DNA of 50,280 nt, taken from a virus. Lineage: Duplodnaviria > Heunggongvirae > Uroviricota > Caudoviricetes. The notes beneath the pieces were generated by a model. It ran no database searches, was not told where the DNA came from, and worked only from the letters and a program-made list of their open reading frames with translations. The translations under genes and the position numbers were made by a program. The stretch lies in IMG/VR virus record IMGVR_UViG_3300032046_000003, positions 128,001 through 178,280 of that record. One strand, 5' to 3'. Within the stretch, counting starts at the first letter, position 1. Each line of letters begins with the position of its first letter. Below are positions 8,065-18,178 of the stretch, piece by piece.

Positions 8065-10811
8065 AAGATTTCGTTCATCTTCATGTGCATTCTGAATATT
8101 CAATATTAGATTCAGCTGCAAAAATAAGAGATGTAATAGATAAGTGTGGAAAATTAGGCCAAAAGGCTGTAGCGTTTACTGAACATGGCAATATAAATAG
8201 CGCACTAAGAGCGTATCTTTATGCAAAGTCTAAAAATATCAAATATATACCAGGAGTAGAAGCGTATATTGTTGATGATATGACTAAAAAAGGTTCTGAT
8301 GAAGAAGAAGACGAATTTGGCAAAAAGAAGAGACCTAAGAAAAATCACATAGTTCTTTTAGCTAAAAATGATATAGGATTTAAAAATTTATTAAAAATAA
8401 CTTCATTTGGCTATATAGATGGATTTTATTATAAGCCAAGAATAGACCTCAATTTAATTGAAAAATATAAAGAAGGCATAGTGGTTTTATCAGCTTGTGT
8501 ATTTGGAATTATAGCAGATAAGATTCTATATTCAACAGAGCAAGATCTGCAAAACACTGTTGTTAAGTTTAAGAATATGTTTGGTGATGATTTTTATTTA
8601 GAGATTCAGCCTCATAATTTTAAAGAGCAAATAGTGGTTAATAAGAAAATAATAGAGCTTTCAAAAAAACACAATATAAAATTAGTGGCCACAAATGATG
8701 TTCATTATACAAATGAAGGCGATCACATTGCTCAACAGTTTTTAACGATGTTAAACATGAAAATTGCTATCAGTCAATATGATAAAAGTAGATTAAACAA
8801 TAACACTGGATTTCATTTTAAAACTAGAGAAGAAATGTTTAATGATTTTATGGTTAATCATAAAGAAAATGAAATTGAAATTAATGAAGCACTAGATAAC
8901 TCAAATTTAATAGCTGATAAGGTTAATGTTGCTATAGACACTAAAACATATAAACTCCCAAAATTCACTCATATAGATGTTGATAAGACGCTTCAGGATT
9001 TGATACATTCAAGATGGGATAAAATAAGCGTAGACATGGAACCATCAAAGATTCCTCTTTATGTTCATAGAATAAGACACGAATATAAGATTATAAAAGA
9101 GAAAAATCTCTTAGATTTCTTATATATTATATATGATGTGGTTTTATGGGCAAATAAAAATGGCGTTATGACTGGTGTTGGTAGAGGATCAGCATGCGGA
9201 AGTCTACTGTGTTATTTATTAGATATAACCAAAATTGACCCAATACAACATGATTTGTTATTTGAAAGGTTTATAAATGCCAATAGAATGGAAATGCCTG
9301 ACATAGACATAGACTTTGACCATAGATACAGATATAAAATAAAAGAATATTTAGTGTCAAAATATGGTGAACAATGTGTGTCTTCTATAGGAGCTTTCAG
9401 CACATTTCAACCTAGAGGTTTATTAAAAGATTTGGCAAGAGTATATGAATTGCCATTAGACGAAATTGATGCTGTAACAAAAACAATTCCATTTGATGCA
9501 GATGATTTTGATAAAGCGTTAAATGTTCCACAAGTTAGTGAATATTTTAAAAAATATCCACATCTATTGCCAATAGCAACAAGATTACAAGGTCAAATAA
9601 GACATTTTTCTACTCATGCTGCAGGATTAGCAATATCCAATAGAAGTTTATTTGAAAATGTTCCATTATGTAGATATAAAAACGAGTTAATAACAGGATG
9701 GGATGAAGGCGGAGAAGATATTAAATGTATATCAGAAATGAAAATAATGAAATTAGACTGTTTGGGGTTAGCAACACTAGGAACAATAAAAGATACGATT
9801 GATTTAATAAAACAAACTAAAAAGAAAGATTTATATGATTTCTTATTTTATAAATTACCTTTAAATGACCCAGAGGTTTTAAGACTAGCTCATAAAGCTG
9901 ACACAACTGGTGTATTCCAATTTGAAAGTTATTCTATTAAAAATTTATTAGAAGAAGTAGGAATACAAGAATTCGAACACTTAGTTGCTGTTAATGCTTT
10001 ACATAGACCAGCGACATTAAGATCAGGATTTGCTAAAGAATATGCATTGAGAAAGAATAGAATCAAAGAAATAAAATATGTTCATTCATCACTAGAAAAG
10101 CCTCTTAGTAGAAGCTACGGACTAATGCTGTTTCAAGAAGATTCAATGAGAATAGCGAGAGATGTCGCAGGATATACATTAGAAGAAGCTGATGATTTAA
10201 GAAAAGTTACATCTAAAGGAGCTAAATTATATCAATTAGGCCAAGGACATTTAGTTGATGAAGCAAAACAAAGATTTTTAGATAGATGTGTTAAAAATGG
10301 AACAACATTGGATCAAGCAAAAGAGATATTTGGATTTATAGAAAAATTCTTAAGTTATTCATTTAATCGTTCTCACGCTGTAGCATATTCATATATAGCT
10401 TATCAATGTTTATATTTAAAGAGATATTATCCTTTAGAATATATGACTGCATTATTGAATAATTCTGGCAGTGAAGACGACCTTAAACTTTATGCTAGAG
10501 AATGCAAAAAGATGAAGATAGTTATTCATTCACCTAGAATAAATGAAAGCAAATCAAAATTTGTTATTTTTGGTAGTGAGATGTTGTGTGGATTTTCAAT
10601 TGTTAAAAATGTTGGTGAAAAGGCTGCTGATAGCATAGTTCAAAATCAACCTTATAGAAATTATAAAGAATTCCTAGCCAAGGTTAATAGAAGAGTGGTT
10701 AATAAGAGAGTAATAGCCGCATTGAACAAATATAAGGTATTCAGTCAGTTTAGTGATTTTTCATTAGAACTTACTGAGAAAAAACCTTCTAAAAAAACTA
10801 AAATCGAGTGA
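8061..10811 (+). CDS. dnaE: DNA polymerase III alpha subunit (family C)
   Basis: PHP HLHVHSEYS, GRGSACGSL, PDIDIDF, KLDCLGL, FNRSHAVAY; AAGGAG RBS before 8061. Confidence 0.95.
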   Translation: MKDFVHLHVHSEYSILDSAAKIRDVIDKCGKLGQKAVAFTEHGNINSALRAYLYAKSKNIKYIPGVEAYIVDDMTKKGSDEEEDEFGKKKRPKKNHIVLLAKNDIGFKNLLKITSFGYIDGFYYKPRIDLNLIEKYKEGIVVLSACVFGIIADKILYSTEQDLQNTVVKFKNMFGDDFYLEIQPHNFKEQIVVNKKIIELSKKHNIKLVATNDVHYTNEGDHIAQQFLTMLNMKIAISQYDKSRLNNNTGFHFKTREEMFNDFMVNHKENEIEINEALDNSNLIADKVNVAIDTKTYKLPKFTHIDVDKTLQDLIHSRWDKISVDMEPSKIPLYVHRIRHEYKIIKEKNLLDFLYIIYDVVLWANKNGVMTGVGRGSACGSLLCYLLDITKIDPIQHDLLFERFINANRMEMPDIDIDFDHRYRYKIKEYLVSKYGEQCVSSIGAFSTFQPRGLLKDLARVYELPLDEIDAVTKTIPFDADDFDKALNVPQVSEYFKKYPHLLPIATRLQGQIRHFSTHAAGLAISNRSLFENVPLCRYKNELITGWDEGGEDIKCISEMKIMKLDCLGLATLGTIKDTIDLIKQTKKKDLYDFLFYKLPLNDPEVLRLAHKADTTGVFQFESYSIKNLLEEVGIQEFEHLVAVNALHRPATLRSGFAKEYALRKNRIKEIKYVHSSLEKPLSRSYGLMLFQEDSMRIARDVAGYTLEEADDLRKVTSKGAKLYQLGQGHLVDEAKQRFLDRCVKNGTTLDQAKEIFGFIEKFLSYSFNRSHAVAYSYIAYQCLYLKRYYPLEYMTALLNNSGSEDDLKLYARECKKMKIVIHSPRINESKSKFVIFGSEMLCGFSIVKNVGEKAADSIVQNQPYRNYKEFLAKVNRRVVNKRVIAALNKYKVFSQFSDFSLELTEKKPSKKTKIE

Positions 10812-10819
10812 GTTATCAT

Positions 10820-10870
10820 TTTACGAAAGTGTAATTTCATGTTATAATATATATAGAGGAGAGTGATAAA
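10820..10870 (+). promoter_or_regulatory. sigma70-type promoter plus RBS of recA
   Basis: TTTACG-17 nt-TATAAT with extended TG; 32 bp (10839-10870) identical to 48777-48808. Confidence 0.7.
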
Positions 10871-11945
10871 TTTGCCAAGAGGTAGAAAGAAGAAAATTGT
10901 AGAGCAGATTCCCATAAACAAATCATCGGAGGATAAACAAAAGCAGTCTAATACGTTAGTGGAATTGACCATGGAAGAATTACTAAAATCAACAGATGAC
11001 AAAAAAAAAGTTTTAGACACTTTAATGAGGGTTATAAATAAGCAGCATGGTAAGGGCATAATGACGACCGCGGACGACCCTAAATTAAAGATCAAATGCA
11101 TTCCAACAGGCATTAGGACATTGGACGCCCTGTTGACTAGAGAAAATCAAGAAACCGGATTACCGATGGGCAGGACTATAGAATTGTATGGGCCTGAGCA
11201 TTCAGGTAAAAGTACTATTGCCTTAAGATTTATTGCACAAGCGCAAAAATATGGATTTATGTGCGCTTATTTAGATAGCGAAAATGCATACGATGAAACT
11301 TGGGCAATTAAGCAAGGCGTAAACACTCAACTGCTTCAATATTCGCGATTAGAAAAAGACGACCCAGAATCCATAGAAAAAGATCCTGAGAAGATAAAGA
11401 AAATGCCCATGACATCAGGAGAGGTCTTGCAGTTAGTCAGGACCCTGGTAAAAAGCACAATATTCAAAATTGTAATAGTCGACTCAGTAGCCTCTTTAGT
11501 TCCAAGGAAAGAGCTGGAGGGCAATATAGAAGACAACCAAATGGCTCTGCTTGCCAGAGAGATGAGCAAAGGAATGAGATGCTTAACTGCGGAAAATAAA
11601 ACTCAAGGAACCATAATCATATTCATAAACCAGCTGAGAAGCAATATCGGTGTTATGTACGGCAATCCAAATGTTACACCCGGAGGAAGAGCCTTAAAAT
11701 TCTTCGCGAGTTTAAGGATGAATGTGCGGTCAGGTGAATCATGGCCTAATAAAAAAGAAGCAGAAGCAAAAGAGGTTATTGTTAAGCTTGATAAGGACAA
11801 AATATTTGGCAAATGGGAACAGGACGAAAGGTTCTTTTTGTTCAGAGACGGGCATATAGATTTTAGAGAGGATTTAAAGAAAAAGATGAAAGGCACAGAC
11901 GACGATCCTACGCCAGTTCCTGCCGATGAATCTGGCATTTTTTAA
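10863..11945 (+). CDS. recA: RecA recombinase
   Basis: GRTIELYGPEHSGKST, IVDSVASLVP, IFINQLR, TPGGRALKFFASLR. Confidence 0.95.
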   Translation: MINLPRGRKKKIVEQIPINKSSEDKQKQSNTLVELTMEELLKSTDDKKKVLDTLMRVINKQHGKGIMTTADDPKLKIKCIPTGIRTLDALLTRENQETGLPMGRTIELYGPEHSGKSTIALRFIAQAQKYGFMCAYLDSENAYDETWAIKQGVNTQLLQYSRLEKDDPESIEKDPEKIKKMPMTSGEVLQLVRTLVKSTIFKIVIVDSVASLVPRKELEGNIEDNQMALLAREMSKGMRCLTAENKTQGTIIIFINQLRSNIGVMYGNPNVTPGGRALKFFASLRMNVRSGESWPNKKEAEAKEVIVKLDKDKIFGKWEQDERFFLFRDGHIDFREDLKKKMKGTDDDPTPVPADESGIF

Positions 11946-11993
11946 TAATATAAAATAGCATTATGGCTATAGCTGTCTTTATGGGAGGCGAAA

Positions 11994-12140
11994 ATGGAAA
12001 AATTAAATTGGCGCCAAAGAATAATGAAATGGCTTAAATGGATTATTTGTCGGCATGATTTCACGGACTGGGATTATTGGGAAGATTTTAAAACAAGAAT
12101 ATGCAGAAAATGTGGGGAAGAAGAAATAGAAGAAACATGA
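11994..12140 (+). CDS. small Cys/His protein (48 aa), not in ORF track
   Basis: GGGAGG RBS; MEKLNW...ICRHDF...ICRKCG; stop overlaps next ATG. Confidence 0.6.
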   Translation: MEKLNWRQRIMKWLKWIICRHDFTDWDYWEDFKTRICRKCGEEEIEET

Positions 12141-12646
12141 AAACCAAATCAAAAAAGCAAGAATTAAGATGGGCAAAATCATTAGACGGCAAGGCCATTC
12201 CGGGAAGTGGCAATCAACCGTCTTGGAAGGGCGATGTAGACTCAGGTTTAAATAGTCCAGATTTTCTTGATGATTGGAAATTAGAGTGTAAAACCACAAA
12301 GAGACCGTTTTATACTTTGCATATAAAAGACTTAACCAAATTAGAAGGTCAGGCTAAAAAAGTTTCAAGATTACCAGCTTTTGTAATTGAATTTTTAGAC
12401 GCTTGTTTATATAATGGAAACGAATATGTTATTATTAGAGAACAAGATTTTAACAATGAAAGATTTCCGCATTTATTAGACAATGAAAGCACGATATATC
12501 AAATTAAAAGCAAAAACATTAAATTTACTGTAGAAGAATTAGATAATTATTGGTTAAATGATAAAAAAATAGAATTATTATACAAGGACAACCTATATAT
12601 AATACTAAATAAACTTGATTTCTTAAAAATGATAAGGAGGATTTAA
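12137..12646 (+). CDS. PD-(D/E)XK nuclease, Holliday junction resolvase-like
   Basis: QE...PGSG...KGDV...LECKTT motif; follows recA. Confidence 0.7.
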   Translation: MKTKSKKQELRWAKSLDGKAIPGSGNQPSWKGDVDSGLNSPDFLDDWKLECKTTKRPFYTLHIKDLTKLEGQAKKVSRLPAFVIEFLDACLYNGNEYVIIREQDFNNERFPHLLDNESTIYQIKSKNIKFTVEELDNYWLNDKKIELLYKDNLYIILNKLDFLKMIRRI

Positions 12647-13458
12647 TGAATAACGTTAAACACGGTTTAGATGATATAAAAAAGTATTTTAGCGTCTCAC
12701 AGATCAACACATATATGAGGTGTCCTTTTCAATGGTATTTTAGATACGTAGAAGGCCTAGTAAAGCCACCGGATTTCGGGTTAATAGTCGGAAGCGCAAC
12801 TCACAAAGCAATAGAGACCAATTTCAAACAAAAAATAACATCAAAAATTGACGCTCCTATGGAATTATTAGAATCAGCATTTAGTGATGAGTTTGATAAA
12901 AAGAAATTAGATGTTCCAGATAGGAATGACGAAGGCCAACAAAAAGATATGGGTATAAAATTGGTGAGAATGCATCGTTCTAAATTAGCGCCCCGAATAC
13001 AGCCTACGCATGTTGAGCACGAATTTTTAATAGATGTTCCAAAACAAGAAATAAATATAGAAAGCAAGTCGGTTATTATAGATATTCCGTGGAAATTTAA
13101 AGGCTATATAGATTTAATAGATGCGGACAAAGTTGTTGTTGACAATAAGACAACTGGAAAATCATATCAAGAAGACGCCGCAGACGAGAACTACCAGCTT
13201 ATGGGATATGGATTTGCTCATAAGCAGATATTTGGAGAATTGCCCAGTGGGGTCAGATTTGATATATTGGTAAAAACAAAAGTCCCAAAATTCCAACAAA
13301 TTAGATCAACAATTGACGAGAATAAAATTAACAGGTTTTTATTGGCAGCGAGCAACGTGTATAAAGCCATCAATGCAGGAATATTTTACCCTAGACGTGG
13401 ACAAGATTGTTCCTGGTGCGGGTACAAAGAAAATTGTAAAAATAAAAAGATTTGGTAG
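12646..13458 (+). CDS. Cas4/RecB-like PD-(D/E)XK exonuclease with Fe-S cysteines
   Basis: SVSQINTYMRCP, GYIDLID, VVDNKT, QLMGY, CSWCGYKENC. Confidence 0.85.
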   Translation: MNNVKHGLDDIKKYFSVSQINTYMRCPFQWYFRYVEGLVKPPDFGLIVGSATHKAIETNFKQKITSKIDAPMELLESAFSDEFDKKKLDVPDRNDEGQQKDMGIKLVRMHRSKLAPRIQPTHVEHEFLIDVPKQEINIESKSVIIDIPWKFKGYIDLIDADKVVVDNKTTGKSYQEDAADENYQLMGYGFAHKQIFGELPSGVRFDILVKTKVPKFQQIRSTIDENKINRFLLAASNVYKAINAGIFYPRRGQDCSWCGYKENCKNKKIW

Positions 13459-13471
13459 GTGATAAAATAAT

Positions 13472-13657
13472 ATGACATCAGGAGTTTATATAAGAACAAA
13501 ACAACATATATTAAATCGAGTTGCTTCTAGAAAGAAATATGATAAAAATGGAATGCTAAGTTTTAAAGATATTCAGCGTCAGAAAGAAATCCAAGAAATG
13601 TTTCCTGACTTTAAATTTAAAAGAATAAAAGAAAGTGATACTGGAGTAAATTTATGA
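13472..13657 (+). pseudogene. internally deleted remnant of the local homing endonuclease family
   Basis: Retains N-terminal MTSGVYIRT and C-terminal DIQRQKEIQEMFPDFKFKRI but lacks the PD..E catalytic core. Confidence 0.75.
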
Positions 13658-14829
13658 AAATAAATAAATGTAAAATGGAACAATTACTTAAAAAACATAA
13701 AGGAGATAATTTTGAATGTTGGACGGAAATGGGCGTATCAGAAAGAACATGGCAAAGATATAAACGATTATATAAATTGAATCCAGTTCAATTTGGGCTA
13801 TCTCCTCATCAAGAAATAATTAAAGATTCAAAATTAGACAGTCTGTCATCAAAATTAAAACAAAGCGAAGAGAAATACAAAATAGTTTGCAAAGATAACG
13901 AGTCGCTTAAATCATTATTAGAGGCAACGAGAATCATAGATTCCGCCAACACTTATTTGATAAAATCTATTAAGCACGATAGCAGAAATTTAGTTACAGC
14001 GGTTGCCTTGGCCAGTGATTGGCATTATGAGGAAACTGTTCATCTTGCCAATGTTAATAACAAGAACGAATATAACCCTAAAATTGCAAAGGAAAGAGCA
14101 GAAATGTTTTTCATCAGCACAGTAAGGCTTCTTAAAATATTTGGCAAAGAGAGCGAAATAGAGAACCTTATATTGGCGTTGTTGGGCGATTTCATTAACG
14201 GCCAATTAAGAGAAGAGGCGATGGAAAACAATTCCATGAGGCCCACCGAGGCCATGTTAGAGTCCTGGAAAATTTTATCGGCGGGTATCAATTATATTCT
14301 GCAAAACACAGATATTAACTTGACAATACCGTGTCACTCAGGCAATCACGCTAGAATTACCCCCAAAACTCACATGTCTACAGAAGCCGGTAATTCTTTA
14401 GAGTATATTATATATCATGGACTTGCATCAGAATTTAAAGATAACAAAAGAGTCAAATTTATTATTCCAACAAGTTATCACTCTTATATAGACATAAATG
14501 GATTTACAATTAGATTCCATCACGGCCACGCAATGAAATACCACGGCGGAATCGGGGGGATATATATCAGCGTTAATAAGGCTATAGCCCAATGGAACAA
14601 GGTTAAGCATGCCGATCTAGATGCTTTTGCGCACTTCCATCAACTAAGAGATGGCGGCAATTTTATTTGCAACGGTTCTTTAATTGGCTGGAACGAATTC
14701 GCTAATTTTATTAAAGCCGATTATGAGAAGCCCAAGCAAGCATTTTTCTTGATAGACCATGAAAGACAAGAAAAGACCATCAACGCTCCCATATTTCTTT
14801 CTCGTAAAGATAAAGAGGGGACACAATAA
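13654..14829 (+). CDS. calcineurin-like metallophosphoesterase with N-terminal HTH/coiled coil
   Basis: SDWH, LGDF, GNH, HHGH, AHFH motifs. Confidence 0.8.
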   Translation: MKINKCKMEQLLKKHKGDNFECWTEMGVSERTWQRYKRLYKLNPVQFGLSPHQEIIKDSKLDSLSSKLKQSEEKYKIVCKDNESLKSLLEATRIIDSANTYLIKSIKHDSRNLVTAVALASDWHYEETVHLANVNNKNEYNPKIAKERAEMFFISTVRLLKIFGKESEIENLILALLGDFINGQLREEAMENNSMRPTEAMLESWKILSAGINYILQNTDINLTIPCHSGNHARITPKTHMSTEAGNSLEYIIYHGLASEFKDNKRVKFIIPTSYHSYIDINGFTIRFHHGHAMKYHGGIGGIYISVNKAIAQWNKVKHADLDAFAHFHQLRDGGNFICNGSLIGWNEFANFIKADYEKPKQAFFLIDHERQEKTINAPIFLSRKDKEGTQ

Positions 14830-15509
14830 TGTCATCAGGTGTTTATATAAGAACAGAATATCACAAAAAACGCTTAAAAGAAAATCATGTTGGAATGTTG
14901 GGCAAAAAACAATCTAAAGAAACTATAGAAAAGAGAAGTTCTAAATTAAGAGGTAAAAAAAGACTATTATCTCTACAACATATACAAAATATACAAGTTG
15001 CTAATATAAAAAGATGTAAAGGTAATCCCGCGCATAATAAAGGAATTCCATCATCAGAAGAATCAAAATTAAAAAATAGATTATCACATTTAGGTAAAAA
15101 ACGTTCTAAAGAATCTATTAAAAAACAGAAAGAAAATGCCAAGATAACTTTAAATAGGCCGGAAATTAAGGCAAAAATGCGTCAAAAAGCTGTTCAAAGA
15201 GTTTTGCTTAACAATGGTAAATTTCCTTCTTACAGTAAAAAACAAGTAGAATATTTTAAGAATTATGATAAAAAAAATAACGCCAATGGACAATATGCTA
15301 CTCATCCTCATGAGTATTATATTAAAGAGCTTGGCTACTGGCCTGATTATATTAACTTTGATAAGAAAATAATTATGGAATATGACGAAAAATATCATTT
15401 TAATAAATCAACTGGGTTACTAAAAGAACAAGACATTCAGCGTCAACAAGAAATCCAAGAAAAATATCCAGATTTTGAATTTATAAGAGTAAATAAGGAC
15501 AAAATATGA
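14829..15509 (+). mobile_element. free-standing homing endonuclease (NUMOD3-like repeats plus Vsr/EDxHD-like nuclease)
   Basis: MSSGVYIRT, HLGKKRSKES repeats, LGYWPDYINFDKKIIMEYDEKYH. Confidence 0.8.
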
Positions 15510-15736
15510 TAGTATTTCCGATTGCATTTTTTGTACTTATGATTTCATTGACAATCATAGGAAACATAATGGAACGTAAGCTTTGGAATAAAGGAAAATG
15601 CCCCGATTGTAATAAAAAATGGAGATATTTTGATACTGATAGTCAGGGCGGCAAGGGATATACTTGCGATAAATGTGATAGAACTATTTGGATAAGCTGG
15701 CCATTTATAGATAAGAAGACAAACAATGGAGAATAA
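15506..15736 (+). CDS. membrane-anchored Zn-ribbon protein
   Basis: N-terminal TM, CPDC...CDKC. Confidence 0.6.
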   Translation: MIVFPIAFFVLMISLTIIGNIMERKLWNKGKCPDCNKKWRYFDTDSQGGKGYTCDKCDRTIWISWPFIDKKTNNGE

Positions 15737-16049
15737 ACATTCGAATTGTCACAATAGGCCAGAAAAACATTGTCAAGAATGCAGAGCTCTAAGAAAAGCA
15801 AGAGAAGACAAAGAATACGCTTGGGAAATGGTCGAGTACAGAGAAAAACAAATAGAGGCATTAAAAAAACAAATTAAACAAAAATGGCAGATATTACATA
15901 GAATATCTTGTGGAAAAGATAGCAAGTGGATTTCAAATTGTGGAGTTTTATGTGATAAAAAAGGATTATTAAAATCTATAAGCAAAACACTAAAAGAAAA
16001 AATGGATAACGGCGAAGACTTTATTTTGGCAGTAAGAAAAGCGATATAA
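15726..16049 (+). CDS. hypothetical protein
   Basis: Overlapping operonic ORF, Cys/His-rich N-terminus. Confidence 0.5.
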   Translation: MENKHSNCHNRPEKHCQECRALRKAREDKEYAWEMVEYREKQIEALKKQIKQKWQILHRISCGKDSKWISNCGVLCDKKGLLKSISKTLKEKMDNGEDFILAVRKAI

Positions 16050-16061
16050 TGGAGGTAAATT

Positions 16062-16721
16062 ATGTTAAATGTTAAATTCAATGAGCCATTAAGGGAGACA
16101 TGCGTGATGTTTTTCTGTCCCGCCTATCAATACATTGTATCATTAAGCAACAACGGAGATTTGAAAGGGCCTGTTAAGTGCCCCAAGATTTTTTGCGATA
16201 GAATGAAATTGATTAACGGGGCTTGTTCAAAATGCAAACAATCTAAACCCATTCATCAAGGTTATTATATTAACAGTGCGTTTACATGTTTTGAATGTGA
16301 CAGCGGCATCGAACAAAAGCATATAGAGATAAAAGAAGGGCCGGCTAAAGAGGTTACCGTATCTCAAAACAAAATTGACGCATTAACGAAGGAACTGTTA
16401 GACAAGTCTAAAAATTCTAAGTTCATGCAATATTATAGTGACACCAACAAAGAGCAGCAAAAGATAAGTTTTTACAATCCAATGAACACGTCAAGCTTGC
16501 CGCTGGTGTGGGATTTTGATTATGTTAACAACAGCAGCATAGAGGCCTTAAGAATTGAAGTGTTCGCTTTCTTCAAATCATTTTTTGAACATTTTGAGGA
16601 TGCTCCTAGCTGTCAAGGGTGCAAATATGAAAATACAACTTGTAATGGTATGAGCTGCGTAGATTGTAAAAGAAATAAGAACAGTATGTCAATATTAAAA
16701 AAGGATCGTTTTAAAGCTTGA
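16062..16721 (+). CDS. Cys-rich hypothetical protein (multiple CxxC)
   Basis: GGAGG RBS; CSKC, CFEC, CQGC, CVDC. Confidence 0.6.
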   Translation: MLNVKFNEPLRETCVMFFCPAYQYIVSLSNNGDLKGPVKCPKIFCDRMKLINGACSKCKQSKPIHQGYYINSAFTCFECDSGIEQKHIEIKEGPAKEVTVSQNKIDALTKELLDKSKNSKFMQYYSDTNKEQQKISFYNPMNTSSLPLVWDFDYVNNSSIEALRIEVFAFFKSFFEHFEDAPSCQGCKYENTTCNGMSCVDCKRNKNSMSILKKDRFKA

Positions 16722-16960
16722 AAATACTGTGTTTTTATAGCAGCAAAGACGACAAGTTTAAAAAGCACAATGAGGAACAACTCATTGAATATACAGATTG
16801 TGACAAGAAAAAAAATAAGGATAAATTTGATGAATACGTATTCAGAAAAGCAAATTTACCAGCGTATTATTTTTATTCAGGTGATAAGCTTAAATACAAT
16901 ACAATGGGCTTGTATTTAACAGACAATGATGTTAAAGAGGTGATAAAAAGATATGAGTAG
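16718..16960 (+). CDS. hypothetical protein, possibly degenerate thioredoxin-like fold
   Basis: TTG start overlapping previous stop; no CxxC. Confidence 0.4.
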   Translation: MKILCFYSSKDDKFKKHNEEQLIEYTDCDKKKNKDKFDEYVFRKANLPAYYFYSGDKLKYNTMGLYLTDNDVKEVIKRYE

Positions 16961-17183
16961 CGCCAATGATAGAGGAGGCCAATATTACAGAGATGGAGGC
17001 ATAGAGACTTGGGATTATATTTTGTCTCATCATTTAGGGTATTTAGAAGGCAATATCATAAAATATGTGACCAGATACGATAAAAAAAACGGATTGGAAG
17101 ACTTATATAAAGCTAAGCATTATTTAGAGAAGCTTATAGAATATTTGCAGATTAATAAAAAAGAAGGGGGTGAAAAAAAGTAA
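16953..17183 (+). CDS. DUF3310-like phage protein
   Basis: YY..GGIETWDYI...GYLEGNIIKYVTRY.KKNGLEDLYKAKHYL. Confidence 0.85.
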   Translation: MSSANDRGGQYYRDGGIETWDYILSHHLGYLEGNIIKYVTRYDKKNGLEDLYKAKHYLEKLIEYLQINKKEGGEKK

Positions 17184-17329
17184 TGCAAAAGTTAAGAAGT
17201 AAGTTTCGCAACAGTTCAAGTTTAGAGAAGTTCATTGATAAGAGTGGTGGGGTTGTAACTGCGGCTCACAAATTAGGCGTGGACAGGAAGACATTGTACA
17301 ATTTCAGAGTGGAGATGGATCTTATATAA
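17183..17329 (+). CDS. small Fis-type HTH protein (48 aa), not in ORF track
   Basis: TAAHKLGVDRKTLY HTH signature; TAATG coupling and GGGGGTG RBS. Confidence 0.7.
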   Translation: MQKLRSKFRNSSSLEKFIDKSGGVVTAAHKLGVDRKTLYNFRVEMDLI

Positions 17330-17330
17330 T

Positions 17331-17468
17331 GATATAGGCGCCGACAGGCTTAATAAAGGGAAATATAATGCCCTAATTGGGATGCCAATTGAAAGCCTAT
17401 ATCGATTAATAATAGGAGCCGGTGGTATGTATACTTTATCGATTATACCTCTGCAGCCGGCTTCCTAT
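17331..17468 (+). ncRNA. candidate structured RNA (multi-way junction plus long hairpin)
   Basis: GATATAGGC/GCCTATATC closes three small hairpins; ATAGGAGCCGG/CCGGCTTCCTAT second stem. Confidence 0.45.
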
Positions 17469-17480
17469 AAGAAAGTAAAT

Positions 17481-17957
17481 ATGATAATAATGGCAATCGA
17501 CCCAGCAAGTAAAAAAATAGGCTACGCATATTTTGTAGACGACAGATTGATAAAATATGATAGCCTGGACCTGTCTAAGGACACTGATATTAATAGCAGG
17601 TATAAGAAAATATATTTAGATTTATCAAACAGGTTGTTAACGCTAAATCCAAATGTAGTCGTTCTAGAAGCGCAAAAGCATTTTTTAAATGCTAAAACTG
17701 CGAGAGTGCTTAATGAGGTTGTAGGGATTATCAAAATCTGCTGTTTAATAGAGTATGGATTTTGTAAGTTAGAGGAAATACACCCAAAAACTATGAAGAA
17801 AATGGTTACAGGAAACGGAAGCGCATCTAAAGAAGACGTGATAAAATACATTATGAAAATATACCCTATTAATATTAAAGATAAAATCACTGAAGACATG
17901 GCAGACGCGATAGGATTAGGCTATGCATATTTTAAGAGGCAAAAGTGTCAGAAATAG
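17481..17957 (+). CDS. ruvC: RuvC Holliday junction resolvase
   Basis: MAIDPAS..IGYA, VVLE, KKMVTGNGSASKEDV, DMADAIGLG; true start likely 17481. Confidence 0.9.
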   Translation: MIIMAIDPASKKIGYAYFVDDRLIKYDSLDLSKDTDINSRYKKIYLDLSNRLLTLNPNVVVLEAQKHFLNAKTARVLNEVVGIIKICCLIEYGFCKLEEIHPKTMKKMVTGNGSASKEDVIKYIMKIYPINIKDKITEDMADAIGLGYAYFKRQKCQK

Positions 17958-18178
17958 AATGTCATGAATGTGCAAGCAGCATAGATTCAGACGATGAAGC
18001 TTGTTGCTCTAGTTGCATGGAAGAATTAAATAGTAAATTAGAGGATGCAGAAGAAGAAGTTGAAAATCTAGAATATGAAGTTGAGTGCTTAAAAAAAGAA
18101 AGAGATGACGCAATAAAAGAGTATGAAAAATTGGAAGAAAAAAATAAAAAAGGGGAAATAAAGGACGAATCAATATGA
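17945..18178 (+). CDS. small acidic Cys-rich coiled-coil protein
   Basis: CHEC...CCSSC followed by coiled coil. Confidence 0.5.
   Translation: MSEIECHECASSIDSDDEACCSSCMEELNSKLEDAEEEVENLEYEVECLKKERDDAIKEYEKLEEKNKKGEIKDESI

Noticed and set aside
12646-13458. Cas4-like gene as evidence of a CRISPR-Cas system
   Set aside because: No cas1/cas2 or repeat-spacer array seen; solo Cas4-like nucleases next to recA are common in phages.
17331-17403. Hammerhead ribozyme
   Set aside because: GAAA precedes the closing stem, but the CUGANGA core is absent and there is an extra helix.
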